DNA from: a virus
Taxonomy: Duplodnaviria; Caudoviricetes
Direction: 5' to 3' (one strand)
Length of the DNA: 63,575 bases
Virus record (IMG/VR): IMGVR_UViG_3300017705_000681
Coordinates: 1 to 63,575 of that record
Shown: positions 18,848 through 29,696 of the stretch, piece by piece
Numbering within the stretch: position 1 is the stretch's first letter
How the letters are laid out: every line of letters starts with the position of its first letter
Notes under the pieces: generated by a model
The model's input: only the letters and a program-made list of their open reading frames with translations
What the model was told of the DNA's origin: nothing
Databases searched by the model: none
Made by a program: the position numbers and the translations under genes

Positions 18848-21800
18848 ATTTCGTACACTGTAGCGGTACGTCCTCCACCTCCAACTCCAAATTGTAAGCC
18901 GGCGTCATCCCCGTTTACCATGGCGTCACCTCCTGCAGGGAACATCATTTCAGACCTTCCACCTCCACCAACTCCCATATAAGGTGCTGAGAGGGTGGCG
19001 TTTCTAGAGTTAACGTGGTATTCGTCAACAATCTTATCAAAGTATCTTAAAATCACTTCTGTGTCTTCTCTATCATAGTCCGTTGTATTAAATTCTGCAG
19101 TTGCAAGTTTATTTAATTCTACGTCGTACCCATGTACTTTATGGACATCTAAACGTGTTTCCCGCGTCAATTGTTCAGCCCACGGACTTTCAACCCTAAA
19201 AAATTCTATGTAGTATCCAGTATTTTCATTATGAATATTAGCATGGGCTCCTTTTAAACGAATCCCATACTCATTTACAGGACCCCTTTTGTTTTCGGTG
19301 TTAAATTCAAAAACTAAATTTTGAACCTGTTTAGTTCCTGCGGGTAAGGAAAATATAACGCCATCCTCTCTCAACTCTTGAACTGCGTGCAAAAAACCCA
19401 CAGGTTCTAAAAGCTGGCTTCCACTGGTGTGTTGTCGTCCAGTCATATACGTAACCGTTCCGGCATTGTCGTGGCGGTGGTAATGACCTCGGTATTTATT
19501 TTTTGAACTTTTTATTACAAAATCACCTCCATTAGAGTACATATCTCCCCTGCTGCCAAAACCTAGGTAGCCGTTAAGAAGATTTCTAGTGTAGTGATTT
19601 TCAGTCATGATATCCCACCGCCTAGTTATAAAATTATAAACGTAACGGGTTCCATTTGTTGTGTCCCCGGTGTTGTTGATATCTGTGCTTACCCTTACCC
19701 CTAACAAAGCAGTCTTATAATTGAACTCTATACCTGGGATTTGAAACCCTCTAGCCAAAGCTTCTACCGTAAACCTGTACTTAGACTCGGCGGTTAAAGT
19801 GTTTGACTCGTGGCTAATCTTTTCTTTTATAGAAACCTTTCTTAGGTAAGAATACCTTGCACCACTTCCCCCATGAGCATACCCTAAAAAGATTTGGTAA
19901 TCATCGTTTGGGCTATAATCATCAGGGATTGTAACGTCTTCCGTTAATGTTTCAAAACCAGTAATGGATGTGGCGGCTTGGTCTACCCTGCCGGCGGAAA
20001 TGTTACCTTCTACAAACTCAGAGCCGTCCCACACGGACCCTTGAGTGTTATTAGACAACGACATTGCCCAACCTCCTGTGTTCACTTGGGAGGATACCTC
20101 TAAGGATACAGTGTACGTTTTTCCTGGTACGAGCCCACGGCGAATAGGAGTAACAGAGTCCTCACTTGCTAGTAGCGTATTTATAGGCGTTATTAAGTTT
20201 GGGCAGCCCTTATTTTTCCAAGAAAAAGAAGAATTTCTGACGCCGAAAAGTAACATTCTATTTCCGCTGACATCAGTGTCCACGTTTATTAAACCCTCCG
20301 TGCTGCCGGTGGTAAACCAATCTGGGTCTCTATTATAATCTAGTAACTCCCAATGCTTGACCTCCGAACGAGAAGGTTGCGCTATACTTAAGGCATTTGC
20401 GTTTACCGCATCGAAATTTGAGTTTGCTATAAACTCTTTATTTTGTAATAACGGAAACTTAAACTTTAAACATTTAGCATAAGAGTTATGTCCTCCACGA
20501 GAAAATAAAGAAATACTATAGTCGTTTTTTGTAGTCTGTCTAAACAATGAGTAAGCATCGTTAAGGATAGCCATACTTTTGCTTGTCTTCCCAGCGGTTA
20601 TTTGAACTCCCGACAAAATAGTCTCATTTGTATATTGGGCTTCAGGTGAGAGTCTATCAGCATCAGCTTGCCACGTTTGAAGCCCCTCCTCAGATAAGAT
20701 GCCATAACTTTCAACAAGTTGCTTTACTCCACTTGAGTTAAACACTACGTTAGCATTTATATTATGACCTCCAATAACATTTTTGTATTCCGGGCGGGTA
20801 GATATAACGTCGTCAACTCCCGGTGCGTGACCTGGTGTGTGTGATTGGGATTGGTCCAAAGTACTATTTAAAACAATGCCTCGTGTTGGGAGGTCACCTC
20901 CGGACAGGAAAGGACCAAACGTGTGGTACATTATACTGTACGCATCGTCGTCTAACCTGTTCATAAATTGATTCCTGTATTTTCTATGCAAGATGTGAAC
21001 ACCCATGCCAAACTCCCTGTTCAGCATATCCTCATGATTAAAATTTAATAAGGACCGGTCCTGGGTTGCTTTATACCGTTTAAGGATAATATCTACGAGT
21101 TGGCGGTTTATCTCAAAAAGGCGATGTCTTTCTTCCGCGCCGAAGCCACTACAATCATTGTGGTAGGGTACAGGAGCTCGGAAGGGATAGGAAGCAGATG
21201 CGCCGATGCCAGTCTCTGTTGACATATATCGAGGGTGTGCATGCCCAGACCTTCCTGCTTTAATTTCATTGGAGGCATCGTAAGCTCTAGCAGATACAGG
21301 GAAATAAGACTGAGATGAGAAGTTCCACCCTTTAGGCACGAATGAAGATGTCACCATAGAACTGAACAAGTACCCGTTCGTCCCTGCTGAGGCATGCGTT
21401 GCAGAAGTGTCACCCCACGTATAGTTAAAGAAGAAATCCGTAGAGTGTGGGGTGTTTCTTCCGTTCCTGGAGAAGAATCTACCGGGCAGATTGTACCGTA
21501 AATTTCTTGCTCTCGATGCGACCCTGTATGGAATTGTTCCTGTAGCATCCCAGTATGTTGCGTCTGCGTTGGGAACGAACCTGCCTTCTTGTAGGTCTCC
21601 CCCACTTACTTGTCCGTTCTGGAGTCCGACGAAACCTTCGGAAACTGTGTCGTTGACGACATTTGTCGCGGCATCTTGTTTTGAGTAATCACCTTGGATA
21701 CACAGATTTCCTGAAGGTAGTAAACCTCCAGTGCCCCAGCCTAACCCATCAAAGGTATTCTCCTGCTGGGAACCTCCACCGTCGGACAAATTCTTAACAA

Positions 21801-23769
21801 TAACAGTATTAACCATTACACGAAGAGGTATGAATTCTCTAAACACAGAATGTAACATTCGCATGTTCTCCAAAGTAAGTTTGGAGTTATCTCTCTGAGA
21901 CATATCAACATCTTCTGCGTTTATGTCCAAAATCATGGTCGATGATTTTCTATTCCAATAGTCACTTAAATTTGTAGTATCATCAAAAGTTCCCGACCTT
22001 AAAGGTAAAGAGCTTACGTTTGGAGGTACATTTAAAGCAGAAGTGTGAAATTTAAACCTTTGTCTGTCCCCTGGCATTGGTGGAGCTTGGTCAAGCCCTA
22101 AGTTTGCTTTGCAGTAATCGATGATGTACGCAGCCCCTTCTTGGGTCATGCCCAAGCCTCCGTAAATTTGGTTAGTGGCTAAAATCGCGGAAACACTTGA
22201 GAGAGCATCTAAGGTGATGTAAGAATCTGAGTAAAATCTATCCTTTTCCCAAGGTGGGATTTTTACAACCTTACCGCGGTGTTCAAACCCGTTAGGGGTA
22301 TTAGGGTTTGCCTTTATAGACTTCCACATATCCTCATCTTTCCAATATTTCCCATTAATATGGATTAACTTATGCTGGTTGTCTATGTGCTCTAATAACA
22401 TATCAACTGCAAATCTGCAGTTGTTATCCATATTGTCAGGGTCAAAGTTAACTGTTACATTGTTGGTGTTTTTCCACCATCTTGACCACTGCCTGGCTTC
22501 CCCCATTGTTGCTGATGTGAGGAATGATTCGGTTTTTATTAAATAGTATAATATATTTGGAAGGTAGGATTCCCACGTTTCCGTTAACCCACTTGTAGGG
22601 TAAAAAACATTTCGGTCAAAAATATATTCAACTACTGCGTCTAAGCCTGACGCAGTTCCTTTCATCCTGTATGCGTCTGCTGCATTCCGCAGTTGCTGTC
22701 TCCAGTCGGACACGTTTGTACCTATTAGTTTCCAACCCACCATAGCCGCTAGGTAGTCTAGAAATTGAGGTGGGCAATTATCAATGTCTACTAAATCTCC
22801 GAGAGAATCCACAACATGGTTCAAATCGTAAGATGCGTATCCTAAAGCTCTTAAAAACTTAGATAAAGAGCCACTATTTGCGAACTTGGTAGGGATTAGG
22901 TTAGATGATAAAAAGACTGATACGCTATCATCTACTATAGTGGACTTATCCATATTTGGATTGGTCCATAAAGATAGAGACGTTTTGTATGCATCTAGGA
23001 GTTGAGTCCCCGACAGGTATGTAGTTGAAGCCACTTGGCTAGTGCCCGACAAAAACTCTTGAGGTATAAACCTGCTAGCGTTTAATGTTGGGTACCCGTA
23101 GTCCCTGTTCTTCCAAACATATTCGGAGAATACACCTAAGCAATTTTCTTCGGTGACTGACTCTCCCTTAAATATTTTTCCAAGCCATAAGCTTGACAAC
23201 GACAAAGAACTTAATTCTACATGGTCAGCATCTCTCCCAGCAAAAGGTACAGGTCCAGAACTATTTAAAAAGTACAAAAGACCTAACTTATCCACTAGCT
23301 TGTCGTGTGCCAATGACACTGTACTTACTTCAGGGTATAATGTTTTTAACCCTGGTGCTTCTCTATCGTTGCCTGAAAATATCAGGCGAAAAGCGTCATT
23401 TTGGTAAGACTGTTCCCCATTTAAAATGATAGAGCTAAGCGCGCTCGTGGTCATTATTGATTCGAATTCTGACGAGGCAGTGTAATCCACGAGGCTCAAT
23501 CCTAGTGGCGCGAAAACATAGTCCTCTACGTCCTGGGGTGTGACCCTGCTTAGCTTGTTTGAAGGTACAAATCTTGAGCGGATTTCGTTCGTGGTTAGAC
23601 CGCTGACATTAAAAATCTCCTTTGCGGCTTCTACCAGTTTTAAATAACTAGCCAAAACCTTATAGGAAAGCTCTTCCTCAACTCCATAGTTTACCTCCTC
23701 CCTTTCAGTATAAAGGGAAGGAACCAAAGGAGAAATATGGTCTATGTAGTTATATTTTTGGATACCCAT
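18844..23769 (-). CDS. Baseplate wedge protein (P2 gpI/T4 gp7-like domain plus long extensions)
   Basis: DIDNCPPQFLDYLAAMVGW...RQQLRNAADAYRMKGTASGL is the gpI-type motif; follows the gp6-like gene. Confidence 0.75.
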   Translation of the reverse strand: MGIQKYNYIDHISPLVPSLYTEREEVNYGVEEELSYKVLASYLKLVEAAKEIFNVSGLTTNEIRSRFVPSNKLSRVTPQDVEDYVFAPLGLSLVDYTASSEFESIMTTSALSSIILNGEQSYQNDAFRLIFSGNDREAPGLKTLYPEVSTVSLAHDKLVDKLGLLYFLNSSGPVPFAGRDADHVELSSLSLSSLWLGKIFKGESVTEENCLGVFSEYVWKNRDYGYPTLNASRFIPQEFLSGTSQVASTTYLSGTQLLDAYKTSLSLWTNPNMDKSTIVDDSVSVFLSSNLIPTKFANSGSLSKFLRALGYASYDLNHVVDSLGDLVDIDNCPPQFLDYLAAMVGWKLIGTNVSDWRQQLRNAADAYRMKGTASGLDAVVEYIFDRNVFYPTSGLTETWESYLPNILYYLIKTESFLTSATMGEARQWSRWWKNTNNVTVNFDPDNMDNNCRFAVDMLLEHIDNQHKLIHINGKYWKDEDMWKSIKANPNTPNGFEHRGKVVKIPPWEKDRFYSDSYITLDALSSVSAILATNQIYGGLGMTQEGAAYIIDYCKANLGLDQAPPMPGDRQRFKFHTSALNVPPNVSSLPLRSGTFDDTTNLSDYWNRKSSTMILDINAEDVDMSQRDNSKLTLENMRMLHSVFREFIPLRVMVNTVIVKNLSDGGGSQQENTFDGLGWGTGGLLPSGNLCIQGDYSKQDAATNVVNDTVSEGFVGLQNGQVSGGDLQEGRFVPNADATYWDATGTIPYRVASRARNLRYNLPGRFFSRNGRNTPHSTDFFFNYTWGDTSATHASAGTNGYLFSSMVTSSFVPKGWNFSSQSYFPVSARAYDASNEIKAGRSGHAHPRYMSTETGIGASASYPFRAPVPYHNDCSGFGAEERHRLFEINRQLVDIILKRYKATQDRSLLNFNHEDMLNREFGMGVHILHRKYRNQFMNRLDDDAYSIMYHTFGPFLSGGDLPTRGIVLNSTLDQSQSHTPGHAPGVDDVISTRPEYKNVIGGHNINANVVFNSSGVKQLVESYGILSEEGLQTWQADADRLSPEAQYTNETILSGVQITAGKTSKSMAILNDAYSLFRQTTKNDYSISLFSRGGHNSYAKCLKFKFPLLQNKEFIANSNFDAVNANALSIAQPSRSEVKHWELLDYNRDPDWFTTGSTEGLINVDTDVSGNRMLLFGVRNSSFSWKNKGCPNLITPINTLLASEDSVTPIRRGLVPGKTYTVSLEVSSQVNTGGWAMSLSNNTQGSVWDGSEFVEGNISAGRVDQAATSITGFETLTEDVTIPDDYSPNDDYQIFLGYAHGGSGARYSYLRKVSIKEKISHESNTLTAESKYRFTVEALARGFQIPGIEFNYKTALLGVRVSTDINNTGDTTNGTRYVYNFITRRWDIMTENHYTRNLLNGYLGFGSRGDMYSNGGDFVIKSSKNKYRGHYHRHDNAGTVTYMTGRQHTSGSQLLEPVGFLHAVQELREDGVIFSLPAGTKQVQNLVFEFNTENKRGPVNEYGIRLKGAHANIHNENTGYYIEFFRVESPWAEQLTRETRLDVHKVHGYDVELNKLATAEFNTTDYDREDTEVILRYFDKIVDEYHVNSRNATLSAPYMGVGGGGRSEMMFPAGGDAMVNGDDAGLQFGVGGGGRTATVYEI

Positions 23770-25379
23770 TAAATAAGGTCCATCGTAAGTTCGAAATTAT
23801 TTAGTTGTATAATTTCGTTAAGGTTTGCTTGAACATCCCCCGGAAAATTATCAACCGTAAAATACCGCACTCCAAGTACATCATGCATATGGTTTTGAAG
23901 TCTGGAAATTGATAAGGTCTCGCCAAACTCCCGGTTTGCCACATCAAAATATGATAAAAGTCCGTTGACTGCTCTTTGTTTAATTGCAGATTTTTGATAC
24001 TTATCACTCTCATCAATACTAATAGTACAGTTTAGGTCAAGAGTACGAACTACCCCATCAACTAAAGTAACTTCGTCGGTCATCATTTTCATATTATTTA
24101 AATGTTCTAAAAGTTCAGACTTGAACTGTAAAGAGCATCTTTCTAATTGTAAATGCGATGCTTTTGCGAGACAATAAATATCAATGTTATTAGCGCCTGC
24201 CCCGTTATCTCTTAACACTGCCATGGCTTTCCCCATTACTCCGTTGGTTGAAGTAAAGGTGTTCGCAGCGGAAGTGTAGTCTTCTCCGGTTACGCACCTA
24301 TGCTGTGCTTTAAACACGTGAGGGTAGTATTTTTTTGCATGGCTTGGGTTTTCTGAGTTCCTTCCTCCTGTAGAGGTTGTGTTGTTGTACATCCTCACTT
24401 GGGTAGTTGTTCCTGTATTTTTGGTAACAGTAACATAAGTATCAATGACTTTCCGTGCTATGTTTCCACGCTCACCTCCACCTTTTCTATAGAAGATTTT
24501 ACAGGAGGTGCCGGCTGTCGGGCGCTTCCCTTTCGTACCATTTCCGAACGTAATAGTACAATTAAAATTATCGTCGTACTTCTTCTCAAAAACAGCTTGC
24601 GTTGAAGAAGCTAAAAATAGAGACTCCGTCTCTTGCCATAACAAACCATCAGAACTTGAGACCATAATACTCCCCTCTACTACCGGTCCTCCCGATAACC
24701 CTATAGAAAAAGTCTCATCTGTTGTGGGGAAAACATTGGATTCCTCTATCAACTCACCTTCCATCAAAAAGAAGTTGCCGTAAATTTGAGTACCTGAGTC
24801 CACGTCAAATTCTAAATCTTCTACGCCGCTAGCATCAAAAATGACATTACCGTCGGTATTACCTCTATACAATGTATACAGAATTGGCTTACCATCCTTA
24901 TCTTGTGTCCCCAGGACCGTGCGTGAACCTTTCGGTACAACTACTGACTCTACACCTCCTTCGGCGAAAAACGAGGAACCGATGTCAACAGCAGCTTCTG
25001 CTTTGGAAGCGGTAGGACCTTTCAAGGTAACCCCAAGCAGGGCTAAGATTTTTTTCAGATTGGAAGTGCTTCTGACGGTGCTTAGGTACGACTCATTAGC
25101 TAAAAAATCGGCTTTTAGGGATATGACGCTCGCCAAATAGGCAAACAATTCAACAAACATAACCCCCATATCTGATTCAGAAAAGTTAGTAAATTCGTCG
25201 GGGTATACAGCCCTAACATAATCAAGCAAGGCTTTTTTATATGAGGCGAAGTCTGTTAAAGAATAATCAATAAACGAAGATTTTTCTGATTCAGGAATTG
25301 CGGCGTACCGCAAGTAGTCAGACTCTATGGTTCCAGCAAAAGCTGAAACGTTATACAAAGGGTTAGTGGGAAATACCAT
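23769..25379 (-). CDS. gp6: Baseplate wedge subunit (T4 gp6/baseplate J-like)
   Basis: Motifs DFASYKKAL, FTNFSESDMGVMFVELFAY, FGNGTKGKRP, YRKGGGERGN, GGRNSE and RCVTGEDY. Confidence 0.9.
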   Translation of the reverse strand: MVFPTNPLYNVSAFAGTIESDYLRYAAIPESEKSSFIDYSLTDFASYKKALLDYVRAVYPDEFTNFSESDMGVMFVELFAYLASVISLKADFLANESYLSTVRSTSNLKKILALLGVTLKGPTASKAEAAVDIGSSFFAEGGVESVVVPKGSRTVLGTQDKDGKPILYTLYRGNTDGNVIFDASGVEDLEFDVDSGTQIYGNFFLMEGELIEESNVFPTTDETFSIGLSGGPVVEGSIMVSSSDGLLWQETESLFLASSTQAVFEKKYDDNFNCTITFGNGTKGKRPTAGTSCKIFYRKGGGERGNIARKVIDTYVTVTKNTGTTTQVRMYNNTTSTGGRNSENPSHAKKYYPHVFKAQHRCVTGEDYTSAANTFTSTNGVMGKAMAVLRDNGAGANNIDIYCLAKASHLQLERCSLQFKSELLEHLNNMKMMTDEVTLVDGVVRTLDLNCTISIDESDKYQKSAIKQRAVNGLLSYFDVANREFGETLSISRLQNHMHDVLGVRYFTVDNFPGDVQANLNEIIQLNNFELTMDLI

Positions 25380-25381
25380 TT

Positions 25382-25855
25382 TTAAAAAGCAAGGTTTATA
25401 TATTCAGTAGCGAGAGCATCTTCTTTTAAAGAAACAACTAATTCGATTAAAACTTTAGAGTCTGACATCAAACCTACTACGTCACTTGTGGGCATTGAAA
25501 AAAATACCCCATCATCAATCATGCTTATCTTTAAACTTTTAACATCTACACGTGGTTCATAAATGGCGATAGTCCGGTGAATAGTATTCTCAATATCTCT
25601 CCTTAAGAATGTATCCAATTCCTCAAATACAGCCATGTGGATATTTGTGCCGAAGTCCGGCAACATTACCCGGTCTCCTCGTCTAGTAGACAGTAAATCA
25701 ATTACATTATCTTTAACTAACGAGATACCGTACTTCTTCGAGAAGATACCTCCCGAATTTCTAGGGTCTAACTTAGAGTTTAAACCTGTTAACTGCTTGT
25801 CGATTCCTAACGGAACGTACTTTACAGTATATGCTTCTGAATTTCCTAGTGCCAT
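25382..25855 (-). CDS. gp25: Baseplate wedge/sheath initiator (gp25-like)
   Basis: Motif LLSTRRGDRVMLPDFGT...IAIYEPRV. Confidence 0.92.
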   Translation of the reverse strand: MALGNSEAYTVKYVPLGIDKQLTGLNSKLDPRNSGGIFSKKYGISLVKDNVIDLLSTRRGDRVMLPDFGTNIHMAVFEELDTFLRRDIENTIHRTIAIYEPRVDVKSLKISMIDDGVFFSMPTSDVVGLMSDSKVLIELVVSLKEDALATEYINLAF

Positions 25856-25857
25856 AA

Positions 25858-28800
25858 TTATCTATAAGTTTCGATGTTTTTAAAATATCCCTTTTGGGCG
25901 TCGTAGTTAATATTAACCTCCTTTGTATCTAGCGATTTCGAATACATTTTAAAGCTTCCTAAAAATCCATCCAACCCACTTCTTGGGATTTTACGTGAAG
26001 ACCCTTGATTCGACTGCCCACCTAAAGAAGGGGTGTGTTGCCCCACAAACCCTCCATAAATATCACTGCTTAACAATCTGCCTGAAAATACCTTGTATTG
26101 GTCGTTGGTGTTATACCCTAGGAATCCTAGAGGGGTTGTAGCTCCAGGTCTGTTTGAAGCAGGTCCAATTATATCTGAGTACCCGCCTCCAAGAATCCAC
26201 GGAGTGAATACAGGGTATCTTGGGAGGGAGTCTGACCCATAACCTTCGGCTATATTTTCAGAACCTTTGTCTTCCGCGACCCAGCTTCCAGTACTATTCC
26301 TCTGCGGGTTGATAGGGCTTGGGATATTAAGTGGTGCATTAGGGGACATCTTAAACGCCGTAGATATTGAGGAAGTAGCGAGGGCGTTGCCATCCAAGAA
26401 TACCGATGCAGTATCTGTAGTATAATCAAAGGAGATTACATAATGCGAAAACTCAGTATCACAACTACTAATGCTTTTACCCGCCGAAGTTTGCTCCGAA
26501 ACAGGAATTATAATCCCGAGCTCAGTCCCTGAGGACGTGTTTCCGTGTCTTGAAGGGTTTGCTAAAATCATACCGTCGGTAGAATCAGTAATGTGTTTTT
26601 CTTGAATTGCTATACTGTGGTCCCACTCCCATCCGTCCTGCGCTCCGATTAAAGAGTTTTGACCAACAGTGGGTAAAATAACAAACTCGAGTTGCCCGTT
26701 ACTACTTGCTATATCAGGTCCGTCCGTGGCAGCTCCGGAAACATGTTTGTCTCTAAAACCTACAACCATACCTTTGACTGGACCCCGGTCATTTTCACCA
26801 ACCTCCGCTGTGATAAAGGTACCTTCACTCGGATGATTTCCACTGTTCTCACACGCAGCCACGACTCTATACCTGTGGTGGGCTGTTAAGCCTGCGGATA
26901 CGTCTGGGATATGGGTCCAGAAGTCCATCGACCATCCTTTAGGGTTATACGTTAAACCGTTAACGCGTTCACCCGCGGCATATAGGCTCCCATCTTTAAT
27001 ATTGTTTGGAAGCCTTACATAACATCCTCCTTGGTTGTTATGTAAATCAGAGTAGTCAACAGGTCTAAAATAAATACCGTATCTCATTTCCGGGTTATAT
27101 ATCGCACCTCTTAAGAACGGAATGGAAACCCCAGAAGGGAAAGCATGTGCGGTAGAGGAAGCTACAAACTTACCGTTAAGTACTCTAGAACCCTCAGCGA
27201 AGTTATCTAACTCATACTTTGCAGAGTTAGGGGTTACTACATCTGGTTTTAAAAAATTGTAACAAACTTCCAAGCCTTCCGTAACTAGAGAGTCCCCAAT
27301 ACTTTTAAAGGTTGCTCCCGTACCAGATGCCCCACCGCGAGATTTAATAAAGTCTCCTGTGGAGATATCGTCCACATTAAACTCCTTTAAATAAATCGTA
27401 TCCAAGAGAGGGTTGCCTTTAACAAACATTGGCTCCACGGGGTCAACAATACTTCCTACATCTTCTGCGATTACAATCTGTTTTTGTGTTTTTAAATTGG
27501 GAAGAATTCCTGTACCTTTCAAATATGAAAAGTCGTTCAAAGGAGCTCGTTCTAGACGTTTTCTCACCTTAAGGTTTCCTTCCGTATCTATCTCCGCGAT
27601 AACATCACCGTGGCGTACCACACCATCTTGTGAAGTTACAGGCACGTTGCTTCCGTCGGAATTATATCCGTTTGTAATTAGTAAATGTACTACCTCAGCG
27701 TTGGTTAATGTTTTAATAATAACATCGGGACCTAGATTGTGACCCCTCCGTGTAATCTCAATACCTCCGAACAACCCAAACAGTTGAAGTTGTTTTTTTC
27801 TTTTGGTGATTTTACTCTCATACGCGTCACTTGTTGCAGTTTGAGAGCGTCTATAATTCACGACCGTTGGACTAGATTCTTGGAACCCTGTCTCAATTAA
27901 TTCCTGTACCCGCGCTTCAATTTGAGTGTGGTGAAGATTCATATCCCTGTAATAAGCTTGCAAAACCTCATCAATCTCTAATAAGGTATCAACGTTACCG
28001 TCTGGGTCCTTGTCTTTGAAATCGAAAGAAAAGACGGTTTCCGAGATATACTTAAAATTGTCTTTGGTTACGGCTCGACCACGACCACCTTTAAAAGGGG
28101 AGCCTTCCAGCTTCCAAGAATCAGAAGCAGTGGCTACAGCTACCGTTAAAGGTATTCCACCATTCCTAGAATCATAATATAGACCGTCCTCAGATAAAAT
28201 GAATTTACCTTCCGTTGATATAGGAGGTCCAAAAACTAAATCAAAGTTCGCGTCCTCCTCGGGTTCTTTTTCTTGCTGGTCTCTTAACTGAGCATTTATT
28301 GACGCTTGATATGCTTTGTTTTTCCTGTAAGGTTTAATAACGGAATTCTCTACGAAAGATTCATATTGGGTTATCGACTCTATTTCGCTTTCTGATAAGT
28401 TAGCACTTTCGAGCAACGCGTCGTAATTTAACTTAGGTTCTTCCGATGCGCCCGAAGCTCGTTCCTGCAAAATAACATTAATGTTGTTTAACTGTATCTC
28501 TATAGACTGGGCTTCGGTTTGTAGTCTTATGTATGAGGAGTAAATCCTTCTAATTTTATTATTGGCGAACGTGCTTTTAAATTGATTTGGGGGAGGGAAC
28601 TGTTGGTATACCTCGTTTCTGGCTTGCTGAATGGCTTCTGCTATATTGCCTCCGGGGATACCTGACCTAAACACGTCGTTGCCGGAATTTAAAAGTAATG
28701 ACATAGTATCAATTGAACTTTTGATTGATGCCAGCTTATTTTGTGTTTTTTCGTCACCAAGCTTTCCGGAGTTCGGTGATTGATATAACCTCCTGTTTCC

Positions 28801-28959
28801 AGTTCTATCGGTTTGTTGGTGTTGACCTGTTAGTCTCACCAGACGAGAACGGGCGTTACTCATTCTTCGATTAAAACGTCCTAACTCAAGAGTTAAGATG
28901 TTGGACATTGCCGTTAAAGCGGTACTATTTAAAAGTCTTAGTGTTGTGTCTGATAACAT
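25858..28959 (-). CDS. Structural protein with helical N-terminus and C-terminal LamG/ConA-like domain
   Basis: WSMDFW, HYVISFD...VFLDG and GSFKMYSKSL..EV..NY fit a LamG-like fold; baseplate context. Confidence 0.55.
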   Translation of the reverse strand: MLSDTTLRLLNSTALTAMSNILTLELGRFNRRMSNARSRLVRLTGQHQQTDRTGNRRLYQSPNSGKLGDEKTQNKLASIKSSIDTMSLLLNSGNDVFRSGIPGGNIAEAIQQARNEVYQQFPPPNQFKSTFANNKIRRIYSSYIRLQTEAQSIEIQLNNINVILQERASGASEEPKLNYDALLESANLSESEIESITQYESFVENSVIKPYRKNKAYQASINAQLRDQQEKEPEEDANFDLVFGPPISTEGKFILSEDGLYYDSRNGGIPLTVAVATASDSWKLEGSPFKGGRGRAVTKDNFKYISETVFSFDFKDKDPDGNVDTLLEIDEVLQAYYRDMNLHHTQIEARVQELIETGFQESSPTVVNYRRSQTATSDAYESKITKRKKQLQLFGLFGGIEITRRGHNLGPDVIIKTLTNAEVVHLLITNGYNSDGSNVPVTSQDGVVRHGDVIAEIDTEGNLKVRKRLERAPLNDFSYLKGTGILPNLKTQKQIVIAEDVGSIVDPVEPMFVKGNPLLDTIYLKEFNVDDISTGDFIKSRGGASGTGATFKSIGDSLVTEGLEVCYNFLKPDVVTPNSAKYELDNFAEGSRVLNGKFVASSTAHAFPSGVSIPFLRGAIYNPEMRYGIYFRPVDYSDLHNNQGGCYVRLPNNIKDGSLYAAGERVNGLTYNPKGWSMDFWTHIPDVSAGLTAHHRYRVVAACENSGNHPSEGTFITAEVGENDRGPVKGMVVGFRDKHVSGAATDGPDIASSNGQLEFVILPTVGQNSLIGAQDGWEWDHSIAIQEKHITDSTDGMILANPSRHGNTSSGTELGIIIPVSEQTSAGKSISSCDTEFSHYVISFDYTTDTASVFLDGNALATSSISTAFKMSPNAPLNIPSPINPQRNSTGSWVAEDKGSENIAEGYGSDSLPRYPVFTPWILGGGYSDIIGPASNRPGATTPLGFLGYNTNDQYKVFSGRLLSSDIYGGFVGQHTPSLGGQSNQGSSRKIPRSGLDGFLGSFKMYSKSLDTKEVNINYDAQKGYFKNIETYR

Positions 28960-28963
28960 TTAT

Positions 28964-29344
28964 TTACCCATTTATTTTTACAAATTCGCCAGTAGTGACA
29001 ACGTGTTTACAAGAACAAAGGCTTCCTACTTTTGCCACAGGAATACCTTCAACCTTAACGAAAGAAGAACCTTTTGATACGACCCACTGCCCTTCAAGAT
29101 GAAGACAAGGTAGTTCTCCTGAGGTATCATCAGAATCCGCAGGAGGTGGTTCGACCGTGTCTCCAGGTCCTGCGTATCCTCCCCCAGTGCCGATTCCTCC
29201 TTCTCCAGGTAGGCAGAGGTGAGTAGTCCCTTTAGAACCAACGTGGGCAACAGCTCTCCCTTGGACCTTACAAAAAAGCTTCCCCTGGGTTACTATACCC
29301 CCTTCAGCATTTAACTTGCTTCCTACAATTCCTATATTACTCAT
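28964..29344 (-). CDS. PAAR-like spike tip protein (gp5.4-like)
   Basis: VQGRAVAHVGS...H, GSSFVKVEGIPVAKVGSLCSCKH: PAAR repeats with His/Cys metal ligands; near the spike gene. Confidence 0.85.
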   Translation of the reverse strand: MSNIGIVGSKLNAEGGIVTQGKLFCKVQGRAVAHVGSKGTTHLCLPGEGGIGTGGGYAGPGDTVEPPPADSDDTSGELPCLHLEGQWVVSKGSSFVKVEGIPVAKVGSLCSCKHVVTTGEFVKING

Positions 29345-29696
29345 TTAATTTTACCAATTCTGTTGTTGGCATCACTGTATTTAGTTCAGTCATTCCGGTT
29401 ATGGAAGGTTCCAGGGTATGTTTGGAGCCTGCGCTAGGGTTACCTCCTATAAGGCTTACTGCTTCCGTCGTGTTTACACGAAAAGTAAACCCCCTCGCAG
29501 CCGCGGGGATTCCTTTTGCCAAGTTAACCGAACCCATAGAGCCTGTTGTTATGCCTATAGGGGAGACGGGGTTAGGGGGTGTACTCTCTAATGTTGCTCC
29601 AGGAATATAAAGATTTTGAGGGTCTACTACCTCGGTTTCTGTCTCTACACTGGGAACAAAAATAAAAGAAGTTAATAGTGTCATATTTTGCGCCAC
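29337..29696 (-). CDS. Hypothetical protein
   Basis: Overlaps both neighbours in the baseplate operon. Confidence 0.55.
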   Translation of the reverse strand: MAQNMTLLTSFIFVPSVETETEVVDPQNLYIPGATLESTPPNPVSPIGITTGSMGSVNLAKGIPAAARGFTFRVNTTEAVSLIGGNPSAGSKHTLEPSITGMTELNTVMPTTELVKLNE